In this document: positions 1 through 12,200 of the stretch, piece after piece
Position numbering within the stretch: the stretch's first letter is position 1
Layout: each line of letters begins with the position of its first letter
Source of the DNA: Raillietiella orientalis
Taxonomy: Eukaryota
Length of the DNA stretch: 64,000 nt
NCBI GenBank assembly: GCA_036172245.1
Contig: JAYWIR010000014.1
Coordinates: 124,001 to 188,000 of the forward strand
Direction of reading: 5' to 3'
The notes under the pieces: model-generated
What the model saw: only the letters and a program-made list of their open reading frames with translations
What the model was told of the DNA's origin: nothing
Databases searched by the model: none
Program-made: the position numbers and the translations under genes

Positions 1-101
1 CTAACTAATCCATGTTATCGATTATCTGTGACGTGATTGTAGTAGCTTTCTCGTCGCATTAGTCGGAGCGGTGAAGAAACTTTTCTTTAGAAACGACTCA
101 C

Positions 102-221
102 TTCTTCTCAAAGAAGTCTTCTTTCATCGACATGTTCTCCGCTAGCAGCATGTACGCTTTGCTTTTCGGTCCGTAAGGTGTCCACTGCACCAAATTTTGC
201 GAGTTCCTCGGCGTCGGATTC
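102..221 (-). CDS. Esterase exon 10 (NPTP...WTPY...AYMLL)
   Basis: TTTAG| acceptor, AA|GTGAGT donor; the gene continues left of the window. Confidence 0.9.
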
Positions 222-3200
222 CTAAAGATACCATACTCAGAACGTGTATTGTCTCAGTTGGTCAAGAAGTAGGCAGAAAAGTTGCTTTTTCTTTTCTTTG
301 CGCGCTTTCGTAGCACGCGTACCACAAGAAGGAAAAATTGCGTTACTGCTTGACCTCTCCGCAGCGGCGGGTCAATGCGATTCCGGAAGAAAGCAACGTT
401 GACACGTATTTGACACGAACTTTTGGACGCTTCGTTTTCCATCAACCTCAAATCCTCTCCTTAAGCATTGGCTCTTAATTTTAGGACAGCCGTCAAGACG
501 ACAGGTAAGACTGCAGCCAGTCAAAGGCAATGATGCAACCGTACTCGATGCGGAGAGAAAACCAAACTGCCGTGCAACACCGGTCGAAAATAACAAATTA
601 AGAAACTTTTCCATCGTCCTAGGCCAATAGTAACGATCTCCTCGTGGGGTTACTGGCCTGCTACTGGCCTTTTAAAAGAAACAAAAAACAAATTAAGGAA
701 TCTTAGGAAATCTGAGTCGGGCAATCTTGCTCAATGTATCATGAGCGCGCGAGCAGATCTCGTTTCGAACATCAACATTTTTTTTCTTTTCCCTTTTGCA
801 AATCTCAGTGTCAGGCATGCAACGCTCGATCTACAGGCAACCCATTACATAATTAATAGTTTCACGCTTTCGATGCAAGTCATGAGGACCGCGCGCGATT
901 GCGTTCGGGATCCTTAGTTGGACTACGACCTCCATCTACCCATCCATTTGTTCACAGTCAATGAAGAAAATACTTTAAAAATTGACCTGAAACAAATGTT
1001 GCCTGCGATTCAAATTTATAAGCACGAGTAACTGTTACACAGTTCATTTTTCCCTTTTTTCTCTAATTGATTGTCGTTACCTCTTACTCACCCTGTGTTA
1101 ATAAAGTTGATAACCATCTCCATCAGAGTATCGCTGATTTTCTTGTCGTCCTCTGTCCGTAAGGAGTTTTCGTAGTTGAGGAAGGGTTCTCCCAAGATGT
1201 ACTGTATTTCGCTTTCGTGATAGGCTCCTGCAGCAAACTGGTTAGTCAAAATCAACGCTGATCAATAAGAAAAGAAACGAAAAAGCAACCGATCTTTTGA
1301 CATCAATCAATAACAAGCAGCACTTGCCGTGTGAGTGCACGTGTTGCATGTGCGCGATGCACGTATGTGCTAGTGTGCTTTCTTCCTCAATTTTCACAGT
1401 TTTCGCAAAGAATAAGCAATCGAGAACGCAAATCAAGATTTCTCGGAAACAGATGATCCAAACGGACATCTGCAAGCATTCACGTCGTTCGAATGCTGCT
1501 TTGTACTGTTTACACCAGAATATAATCCCCAAGGATGTGATGAACCGAATTAAACGGACTTCTCAGTCCTACAGACTGTTAAAGCTGTCAAACAGGAAAG
1601 AGACGGTAGGCATTTGTGAAGATGTGGCATTCTCGTAATTCGTGTCAAGACATGGTTCGTTTGTGCTTCCCTCGTTTTCTTTCGAATGTTGGACAAAAAG
1701 TTCCTTCCTCAGTGCGGTGCTTGTTACCCTGAAAATTGTGCAGATGGACAGAGGAATCGAGCGAGTGGAGCAAAAATACCGAGTTTCAATCTCTTGCTAC
1801 CTCTCTTCCTTTTGAATTCACAAGAACCGTTCTCATCTTGCAGGAATCTCCTTATAGCTTTGACAAAAGTTAAACCATCATGGGGTAGAAATCTCTACTT
1901 CAAAAGATTTAGAAAGGAAAGAACCCTGACTTTCCTCTCTAAATCTTTTGAAGTAGAGATTGGAAGGAAGTGAATGATACAGCTCCAGAGAGACTTTTGA
2001 GGAGCTTCGTGAAGCGTCTTGTCTTTCGTCTCATGAGTTGCAAACTCGGTGGAGTGGTTTCGAATTCTTCCTTTGGTTGTTAAATGGGCACAATACAACA
2101 TTCTCTCCCGTTTTCTTGTTCGGTTGCACTCATTTCCATGGAAACCCGAGCTTGTTCCCGATTTTCTCAATACTCGGGCTGCGTCTATTCCTATGGAAAT
2201 TCCAGTAAGCTGGATTTCTTTTTTTCCATCGTTCCAGTTTTCATGTTCGATAAATTCATCCCAAGGATGTCACACGGCGTAAGGATGCTCGGCTCTTCAG
2301 ACTGCATAAAATAATTCAAAGAGTGATGGAATTTGAGAGTGTCCGGAGTGAGCCGGGCTATCACCTGGTCCGATCGAGGTTTCACAAGGGTCTTCGTCGT
2401 ACCCTCAAATCATCGCTTTTGGCGTTCACTCCACATTGCGGTTTCCGAAAGCAAAACAACAGACTTTTCTTGCCTTTAAGTGGAAGGAAGGGCGCGAACA
2501 GTCATTTGGAAGGTGTCGCGATGATGGTTACGACAGCAGCGAATAGAAACAACAGAGATTAAAAATACTGAGAAATAAATGCACGGTTGAACTTCATGAT
2601 TACACTGCTTACATCGCAAGGATATGGTCCAAAAAGAGAAAGTTCAAGATAATCGTAATCCTCCTCCTTGTTACCATCTCGGATACCTAATGCCGTAGGT
2701 CTTGGGTGCAAGATGAGAAAACGTTCGTTGAACCCAGGATCCATGCTCGGTTGAAATTCATTTTCTTCTTCAAGGGGAAATAGAAACATTCGATTCTGTA
2801 GGAATACTCCTTTAAGTCCTTTTTTTGAATAGCTGGTCGAACAGACTCTGATCCGATGCTTTTCACTTGCAGCGAGAGCAGGTGGAGCATAGAAGTTTCC
2901 TGTTATGAAGATGAAACATGAGTACCTGTTCCATTCATGAATTCCATGGTGATTTCTCACCTGAAGAATTATTTAGCTCGAATTCTGGGATGGAAACCAA
3001 GACCAAAAAGAAAATCCGCAGCGTGCGCTCCGTAAAGTTGCATTTCAATCTCATCCATTTCATTTTCAGTCAGCCATTTTGATTGACTGAAGGCTATTTT
3101 CCAAGGACTAAAAGATTAGCATCCTTTCCACTCTTCGTTTGCTGGTCGAAGATCCTTTTGAATTCGCGTTTCTGTATCCTTTTTCGTGGAAGTCTCATCT

Positions 3201-6200
3201 TCCTTAAAGTACTCTCAAGACGAATGAGGTCATCCATCCACTCAAATCTCACAAAAATGGAAAGAATGCAATCTGTATATAGCTAGATATGAATCATGTG
3301 AAAATGTCATGGAATGATCAGCTTGCAAAATGCTAACCAGCAATGATTTATGCTTCGTTGTCAGTTACATTTCAGCTACGTTGAGGTGAAGAGGTCATGT
3401 TTGAAATGCACGGGACTATGACTTCCTTTTTAGACAACATTGTTTTCACTAACGTTCAGTTTGTTAGTCCAAGCGATTGACCTTTTTTGTTCAAGACTCG
3501 ATTAGGATGCTAGGATGTCCTCTTCCACTCTGCCCTGGTTCACAGACCTTTTTAAAGGAACATCCAGCGCCGGCGTTTCACGATTGTTTCCTTTCCGATT
3601 TGTGACACGCCTTGTGCCCGGAGGCATGTACATCTCCATGAACAAGCACTCCCAGTTTCTCGGACAGCAGATAGGCACGTGTTGGTCACGTGTCCGGTGG
3701 GTTCGGTGGCGTACATCCACACAAAGCGCACGTGTCTCCAGCTTGGAACTGCGTTAATCGCTGTCTGCCACCAGGGGTCATGTAAGGCTCATGCGAGGGA
3801 ACTCATCTGCGAGTCCAAGAGACGGCAAAGGTGGTGTCAGGTAATGCAAACGAGAGGACCCGATCGCATGTCCGCAACGTAGTCTACCGGCATTCCCTGA
3901 ATTTTGCATGCAGTACTCACCGATCCACTCGAACCTCTTCATCTTTATGTCATCCGGGCTGTAGTAATCGAATTCGAAAAGATATGCTGCGTGAGACGCG
4001 TTTTGCGTGATCATGTTCAGATCCCTCAGGCAAGGCATCCTTAAAGAAATGTCAGAGAAGAACTGAAAAAGGCAAAACAAGCAAAAAAGGGAGTGAGTTG
4101 GCGTTGGGGTCTCGCTTCGCCGCTCCCATTTGAATTCGCACAAAACCCGCGCTGCCCTCGGCCCCGCAGCTGGACATGCAGTGGACTGCTCACACGGCGT
4201 TTCGACGACCGCGGCGCATAGGTGCGCAGGAAAGCTTCCTCATCAACACGGGACTAGCCGTTACGAAGCGTAACCACTGCCAGTGAGGCAGAACGTCTCT
4301 TTTGCACGAAATCTATCGGAGGGAGGAGGAAAGGAGGAAGAAGAAAGGGAGGTAACAAGAGGAAGAAGAGGAGGGAGGTAATAGGAGGAGGAAGGTAGGA
4401 GTCAGGGGGAATAGGGAGAAGAGAGCGAGTTGGTATGTGAGCGAGCTCTTGTACCCACCGGTAATTACGCACCTGGAACGCACATGACGACACGCTCTCG
4501 TGTAATGCGCAGCCGACTGAGCGCCTGACATTCTTCCCTGGCGCGACGAGCGCGACGCCCCATGCTGTGGAGCTGACGAACAGGTCAACCGGCCAATCTC
4601 CCCAAGAGACAGAGACAGACAGAGAGAGAGAGAGACGGAGAGAGAGAAAGAGATACTCACAGCGCCTGCTTGGAGGAGGTCTGACAGCTTGTCGTCTTTG
4701 TAGTTCTTGGTCCGAGGGGAGTACTCGGCCAGCAGGACGTACTCTGCAGTCTTTAGGAGGAGATCTCTGGCATCGGGAGGCAAGGACTCTTCCTGAAGAA
4801 AACTCTCCTTGTTATGCTGGAGGAATTCTTCTATCACCACTTGGAGATAGGATCTGGGAGAGATCCAGAATCCGATCGCTGGAACAAGTCGCCTATCAGC
4901 GAGCATCAGGGAGAGCAGGGGAAACCGCCGTGAGGAAGCTGCCGCGCCCGTTCCCGCTGTTCGAGTGTTCCCGCGCACGCAATGCGCGAGAACACTCGAA
5001 CTTTCTCGAGGGAAGGCAACCTTCGTCCAGTGGGAACTCAGGAGCCCTCTCCGAGTTCGCGGCTGGAGGCGCTCGCGTCGCACTGCGTGCCCCCAGCGCT
5101 CGCAGCGAAAGAGCTGGGAGAGGGTGTTTAGGAAGAGAGGTTTTCGACGCTCCCGGTCGTGCGCACCACGGAACCCAGGTTGGGTTTCCTCCTTCTCCCC
5201 TCTTCGGGCGAACACGGGACCCCTCCTCGCTTGGCGGCGCCTTCTCCTCCTGGCCTGTCGCTCCAAGGTCATGCCCCGAAGCACCAGCTGCCTTGACGTC
5301 AGAACAATTTTCGGCCTCGTTGGTGCCCTGACTTGTCTTGGCTCCTTTCTCGGGGTGAGCGAGCGATCCTTCCAACTCAACCCAATGCTCCGTCCTTGAA
5401 GAGATTTCCGGGTCCCATGATCAGGATAGAGAGAGAAAGAGGGAAACGCCCTCCCTTCTGCGTTGGACGCCTGCCCAAACGAAAGGATGACCCCTCTCCC
5501 TCAAGGTGAAGGGTGGATGGGGCGCGACTGGAATTTCTTCCCAGGATCTTCGATGTCCAGAGGAATGCTTCAGAGACCTTTGTCTGTTGGACCCCAGGAT
5601 TAGCTGTGCCAAGACTGTTCCAGCGTTCTCGGGGGTCTTCTCAGGGAAGACCCTCTTGAGAAGCAGTGGCGGAAGCGTGGCTTGGGGCTGGGGGTGCACC
5701 ATCCTCGCGGGCGGTCGACATGGCTTCGAGATGACAACGGCGTTAGGAAAGGGAATGTGCGCTTCCTGGGTCCTGCGTGAAGCACTCCCGAAAATTCGCC
5801 CTCAGCGAAGGGGATGCCGACGGCCACGGGCACTCTGGAGGCGCCTTCTGGAAGAGACCGGAAGAAACGGAAGGGAGAGGAATGAAGAGGAGGAATAGAG
5901 AGAACACAAAAGGGGAAAGAGGAGGAATAAGGAGAAGAGAGCGATGGAGAGGAAATGAACCCAAGTCACATCCAGACCGGGGAGCAGCCGCGAGATCCTT
6001 GGGAAGGGCTGCTTCCATTCTGAGCGACGACCGTCAAAGCTATCTGGCAGCCCCGTGCACCCGTTACCCGGGACCCATCTGTCCGGGGGAACCCTATGCG
6101 CCGCGAAACCGCAGGAGTGGGTGTGGGTTGCCTCTCTTCTCCCTTGCTCAAAGGCGGAGCCACTCCCCCGTCACATGGCAACGGAGGGAGCGGTGTGAGC

Positions 6201-9200
6201 CAGCCGCAGCCCTGTTCGTGCCGAGGGTGTTTCTTTTTTCCTCTCGGGAGGGTAACAGAGAAAGGAACATCGGGTGACGACAGCGCGCGCTGACTAGCGT
6301 CCTTCCTCCTTGCAGCCTCCCCAATCAGCCCCGCAGCTTCCGAGCTTCCGCGGCTTCCCGCGTGCGCCCGAGGCTGCACACGGGCCGGGCGCCCCTTCTG
6401 GATAACTTACACTCGCTTTGTACAAACCAGCTAGAGACTTCTTGTTTCGTGAAGCCCATCATGACCGGAAGATCGCGGAAGTGCCCTCCGGCGATGAGTC
6501 GCTCGGGGAGGTCTTCCAGGATGTCGCCATCCACAATCGGCGCGAAAGAGATGCCTCCAAACCGCTCACCGAGGGTCACATTCTGGAGTCAGAGGGATCA
6601 GCCGACTCCGGAGACAAACTTCCCCTTCCGCCCCAGGGAGGGGGGGAGAGAGGGGAGCGAGAGACTCGCCTGCATGATGAGGTCCGTGGAGGATTCCCTC
6701 AGGCAACCGACCATCGCTGCGGCTTCCGCGGTCGAGCAGCCGAGACCCTCGGAGATCATCCGCGTCTGCTTCAGGGGGTCCCTCTGGATTGCCCAGGGAG
6801 CGCCGCTGCAGCCGGAAAGGAGGATCACCTTCTGGAACAGACCTGGGGAAAAAGAGGGGACAGGAGGACGCGGTGAGGGAGGCAGAGAAGAGGGGAGGCG
6901 TCCGCTCCTTTCCCGTCCTGCCGGATCCCAATTCTCCTCCTTCTCTGTACCCATATCCACGTTCCCTGGGATCTTGCTCGAAGCTCCCTGCGATCCAGAG
7001 GGACCTGCTTGCCCTTCTCCTCCTCCTCCTCCTCCTCCTCCTCGCGGGACATGAGCGCAGGTCGTCCACCCGCCCCGGGCGTGCGATTTAGGGAGCACGC
7101 GGATGCCGGAGCCTTGCCGGACCTTTTCCACAGGATCGCTGCCGCTCTGTGGAGAAGCGGTAGCGATCCTGGGAAGGGGGAGCCATCGCAGTGAGCGTAC
7201 GGATCACGAGGGGTGTGGAAAAGATGCGCGACCTTGGTCCAGATATGTCGCTGCGGATTGTAAGTTTCAGCTGCTCTCCGATCTGAAACGGGAGAGCAGC
7301 CAAGATCATCCTCCCGCTCCCTGTTCATCCCTTACACTGGTGAGGAGGGGAGGGGTGGGCTTCTACGGGAAGGGTCTGGGAAGGACAGCGGCTGGGCGCG
7401 TCCGACAGCAACCTCCTAGAGTCCGGACCCCGGCGGCATTCGAGAGGTGGAGAGGAAAGCGGGCGCCCCTCCTCCCTCCCTGTGCATCCCTTCCCGCTCC
7501 CCCTCACCGCTGCTGTAGCGAGACAGCGTCAGCAGCATGACGCTGGCAGCGCCGGCGCTGTTCCCGCTGACGGTGATGCGGCTGGGGTCGCCTCCGAAGT
7601 GCCTCGCATTCTCTTTGATCCAGGTCAAGGCCAAGATCTGGTCCATAAGCCCATAGTTACCCGGAGCTTCCTTGCTTCCAGTGCTCAGAAACCCTGGGGG
7701 GATGAACCTGAGCTGAAGAGGGTCGGAAAGTTCCTTTCAGGGCGAACGGGAAGAGAGAGGCGAAGAGGAAACACCGAGAAGACGCGCGCACGCTCCTTCC
7801 CCGGGAGTTGTGAACAGGATCCATCCTTGTGCGGATGAAAGCCTCAGCCTGCTGGTCCGTTTCTTCCCAACTCCCTCTCCCGTCGGACAGACCCCAGCCT
7901 GGTTTTCGGATTCCCATCCCCCATCCCCTCTCGAACGCCCTGTCTCCATTCAAGGGCCTCCACTGAAGAGCACGGCTTCCCGGATATCCGCACCCATCGG
8001 GAGCGGGAGCTGGTCACGGATGGTCCACCTCTCTCCTCCAGGGATGGAAACTTCGCGAGGAGGAAAGAGGAATGGTTAAGAGGAAAAGGAAGAAGAAGAA
8101 GGGAAAAGCAGGAGAAAGGGGGGGTAAAAGAAGAGGAAGAAGCAGGAAGAGGAAGGGATAGCACCCCCATCAAGAGGATGTCATCCCCGCACCAAGGAGA
8201 TGTCCTCCCACACTCGTCTCATCGTCCCACCACCAGCTGGAGCTGGATCGGCCCCGCAGCACCGGCCTCGGTCTCTCCTGGAAGAGGCGTACGCACGCAC
8301 GCAACCCGCAGCCACTCCGGGGACAAAACCGGCAGGCGACTACGGCCTGATCACGTGGTCTGGGCGTCGTCTCACTTCGCGTTCGCTAGATGACGGCATC
8401 ACCCTCGTGGTCCACGAACGACAGATGAATAAAGGCACGAAGCGACAAATAAATAAATGGGAAGACGAGTGCAAAAATAAACCGTCACATCATCGAATCA
8501 GTGAGTACGTAGATAAATGAGCAAATAAATGCATAGATGAAGGAAGAATCAAAAAGACTGAAGAAAGGAAGGAACGTGTAAGTAAATCGGTGATAGATGA
8601 GTAGGAAATAGGTAGAAAAGATTCATCGACAGTAGGTGCAGGTAAATGAGTAAATACATAATTGGGTGAATAAGTTAATTAAAGCAAGTACATGAATGCA
8701 TGAATACATAAATAAGTAAAATCCGATCCTCTCCATCGCAGATGGGTGAAAAAATAAATAAATACTTGAACCCGCGTGGACTCTATATCTTCAAGGATCT
8801 AAATCCACCTCCTCCATGGTCTCGTGAAGCGATCTGTCTGCAGTTGATCCAAGAGACTACTGCGAGCTCTCTTGTGGCTCAGAAGTTCTTACTCTCTCTT
8901 TCTAGCCAGAAATACCCCGCTCCGGTATTTTTCGTACTCCTGCCAAGCCCCGCGGGACTCTTCGTTGGACGGACTCGGCCGGAAAGGGGAACGTTTCCCA
9001 AGCGAAGCTGAACGCCGAGACCCTAAGTCCTCTCCGGGGATTTCGCTCCCTGCGCCTGGAAGATGGGGAGGGGAGTGCAGGAGCTCCAGCACTTCTCTGA
9101 AGATGGGAACGAAAGGTGCTGGGGAGAAGGCGGGCTGCGTGGATGCCAGGAAGGGAGAGTTGCAAGGGGAGAGTCGTCGACGCGCCGGAACTTTCCAGAT

Positions 9201-12200
9201 TCTTCGGAGCTCCTCTTCGCTCTGCTGCCTTCGTCGCGATGCCAAATAGGGGAGATGGCCTCCCCCTTTCCTGCACTTTTTTTTTTTCCTGTTCTTTTCC
9301 TTTCCTATTTTTCCGGATAGGAGACGGTTGTTGTGGACGACCACTGGGTGCGACTACTCCGAAAGCTGGACCGAATCGCAAGGAAGAGAAACGCTTCCCT
9401 GACAAGAGGGGACGCCACTCCCCTCTTGTCAGGGACACAAGCGAGAGGGCCCAAAGAGACACAAATGGTGGCGTCCTTCGCGCGCAAGCCTGCTCGTTGA
9501 AGCAGAAAGAGTGCTGCAGGTCGGATCGCGAGGGGCCAGTGAGCGCAGCGCCGAGGTCCCACCCCAAGACACGCGCGCACGGGACGGGCTGCGAGAGTTT
9601 GCTCTCTCTTGCGCGCGCCAACTGGCGGAACTTAGCGACGATGTTTCCTTGCTTACCAAACACGCCGAGGCGGTAGTTGATGGTCACGAAGACCGTCCCC
9701 TTGGACGCCAACTTCTCTCCCGGATACAAGTTGCCGCTGTTCATGAAGTAGGATCCGCCATGGATGAACACCAGGACGGGAAGCTTGGAATCCCGATCGC
9801 GCACCTGGGAACGGGAAGAGAGTTTCCTTCCGCGGCATTTTTCCTCCCTGAATCCCGACGGTCCAGCTTCCAGCACGCTACTACCCAACCTTTCCCGCCT
9901 GGCTCCGAGTTCGTGCTAGGCCCCGAGGGATCACCTTTCCCTCCAGGAGGAAACTGGAAGTCCACCCACCCCCAACTTATTGACTTCGGCGGCTTCTCTC
10001 GGGTTCACGCGGAACAGGTTCACCGCGAGCTCTGCTCCTACGGCGGCGTAACTGCAAGACCCGTTGATCTTCGTCGGTACACTGCGTGGTTGCCTCCTGA
10101 CAGTCGTAAAGCAGAGGCAGGACGGAGATGCCGTGAGAAGACCTGCGGGCTTCCGACAAGCTCTTCCTCTCCCTCCATCCGGAGACAGTCGGACTGACCA
10201 GGATGGAACTTTGGAAAGGCTCGGGAAGGGGGGGGGGAATTCGATCGCGGAGTCGGCAAGGGGGCGATCATGGGTGACTCTTCGTGGTGGCACTGGTGGT
10301 CGAGGAGTGCGGGCCCGGTTCAGGTGCGACCGAGGCCAGAGGACTCGTCGCGACCTCCGTGGCCACAAGCAACGTCTTCTTCGGATACCTGTGACCTGTA
10401 AGGAAGTGCAGTGGCTTCTTCGGACCGGGTGTGAGCGAAAGGCGTAGCATTCAAGCCAAACAGCCAGGTGGTGGACCATCCAAAAGAGATGATCCTTTTT
10501 TCATTCCTTTTTTTTCCAGAATGGAAACCGCATCCCACGAAACAAACTTTCTTTCGTTTTCTAGATCGAGAACACGTGCCGATCTTCTCGTCCGGTCTTT
10601 TCGACAGAACTCTCGTGTCTCCCTCGATGATATTCAGAAAGAACGTTAAGCGCTTTAGAAGACGTGGTTCGGGAGCACGACAAGCTGACTCTGACTAGCC
10701 GCTTCTCCCCTTTGTGAACATCCTCCGCTATCTTGGTAAATAGAGAGAAAGAAAGGTCCTGCAGTCATGGTTCGTCTCCTCCCCGAATGTTGCGCCAAGC
10801 TCTTTGGTCGCCGAATGCGCTTCTCCACTGGTTGGGAGCGGAAACCTTCCGTCTTCCTTCGAGCCAGATCGGATACGGGATCCATCAACAGGATGGAAGA
10901 CGGCATCTCCAAGCGCTGAGGACGGAGGCACAACCGGATGTGCCTTCTATGGTAGACATGCCAGAAGGTGGCGACGTCTCTCCGTTGGGAGCGCTCCGAA
11001 CCAGAAGCAGGGTCACCCCAGAGAGGCTTCAGAAAAGAGAAGAGAATCGGCTGCGGAGGAAGAGGAGCATTCGGTAGATGTGTCAGGAAGACGGGGGTGC
11101 ATTTGTGGGGCGAGCAGTGGCTCCGGACACATCCAACAGTCACATCTTTCTCCTCTCCTCACCACCTGCAGCTAAGACCGTGAGCTCCAGAGCTGAGATG
11201 CTCGATTGTTGATACTTCTGCTTCTCTTCTGACAAAAGGGAGTTGCTGACATACTGCCAAAGCCTGGATGAGAGTTGGAATCCTGAACGGTGCCTTGTGG
11301 TCATCTCAAAGACTGAAAAATTTCTTTCCGAACTGCAATCCTAGCAAAGAAAAAAGCGAATCTTTCACAGGATAGGATAGAAGCACAGTCGGCACTCGAG
11401 GCGTGTCTGGCGTCCCTGACACACCGGGGCAAGCATCGGGCTGGCAGCGAACAGTGCCATCTTCCCTCTCACCAAAAGTGCGCCGTGGATGCGATCATGC
11501 GGTCGTCTCCTTGTGCTGGCCACATCCCTGGTTCATCTCGTGCCCCTCTCCTTTCCTTTCTTGCCGATGGACGTCTCCGAAGAAGGTTTCGATTCGCGGC
11601 AGAAGAGCGCATCCACATAACCAGCAGGGAGAAGGGGAAGGGAAGCAGAAGAGGCGTTAGAGACGATTGCAAGAGGCGACGGCTCTCGAGCGGACCACGC
11701 GGGAGGCTGAGCTCCTCCTGTATCCTCCTGGGGACGAAGACTGCAAAGTGTTGCTTGGAACTCTTCTTCGCCCTCTATAAAAGGCGTCCATGATCTCTCC
11801 GGCGTCGTGGACCTCCACACTGCCTTCTCTTTCTCCCCGCCAACTCAATTCCGTCCATTTTACGGGAGAAGCCAGAAAAATGGCTTCTCCCGTAATCAGG
11901 TCTTCCTTCCACCATGCGAACCATGGTGGTCTCTTAGTGTTTTGCATGTTTTCCAGAGAAGTCTGTTGGGGCCACGAGATCATTCTCCTCATCCTGTTAC
12001 CGAGTGCCTCCTCCCGGAACTCCTTTCCTCTCCTCTCCACGAAGATTGCAGCGGCGATCTCTGTTCAGAGAACGCCGGTCCTTCCATCGGGAGGAGCTGC
12101 CTCTTCAGGTATTGTAGAGGGAGAGCAGGGTCCAAGATTGCCTTTCGAGGGTACTGCGTTTGAGAGAGACCATCAGCCTTGAAGCATTCCGGCCCGAAGA

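Noticed and set aside
4313..5380. 355-aa minus-strand ORF
   Set aside because: Only 4878-4661 is an esterase exon; the rest is GC-rich intron and microsatellite read-through.
6065..6095. Candidate micro-exon between esterase exons 6 and 7
   Set aside because: Not needed: the acceptor at 4878 already gives the correct phase.
8420..8765. A-rich AATAAAT/GATGA tract as a regulatory or polyadenylation cluster
   Set aside because: Degenerate low-complexity intronic sequence, antisense to the gene.
8902..9888. 328-aa ORF as a standalone gene
   Set aside because: It contains only esterase exon 3, flanked by clear splice sites.
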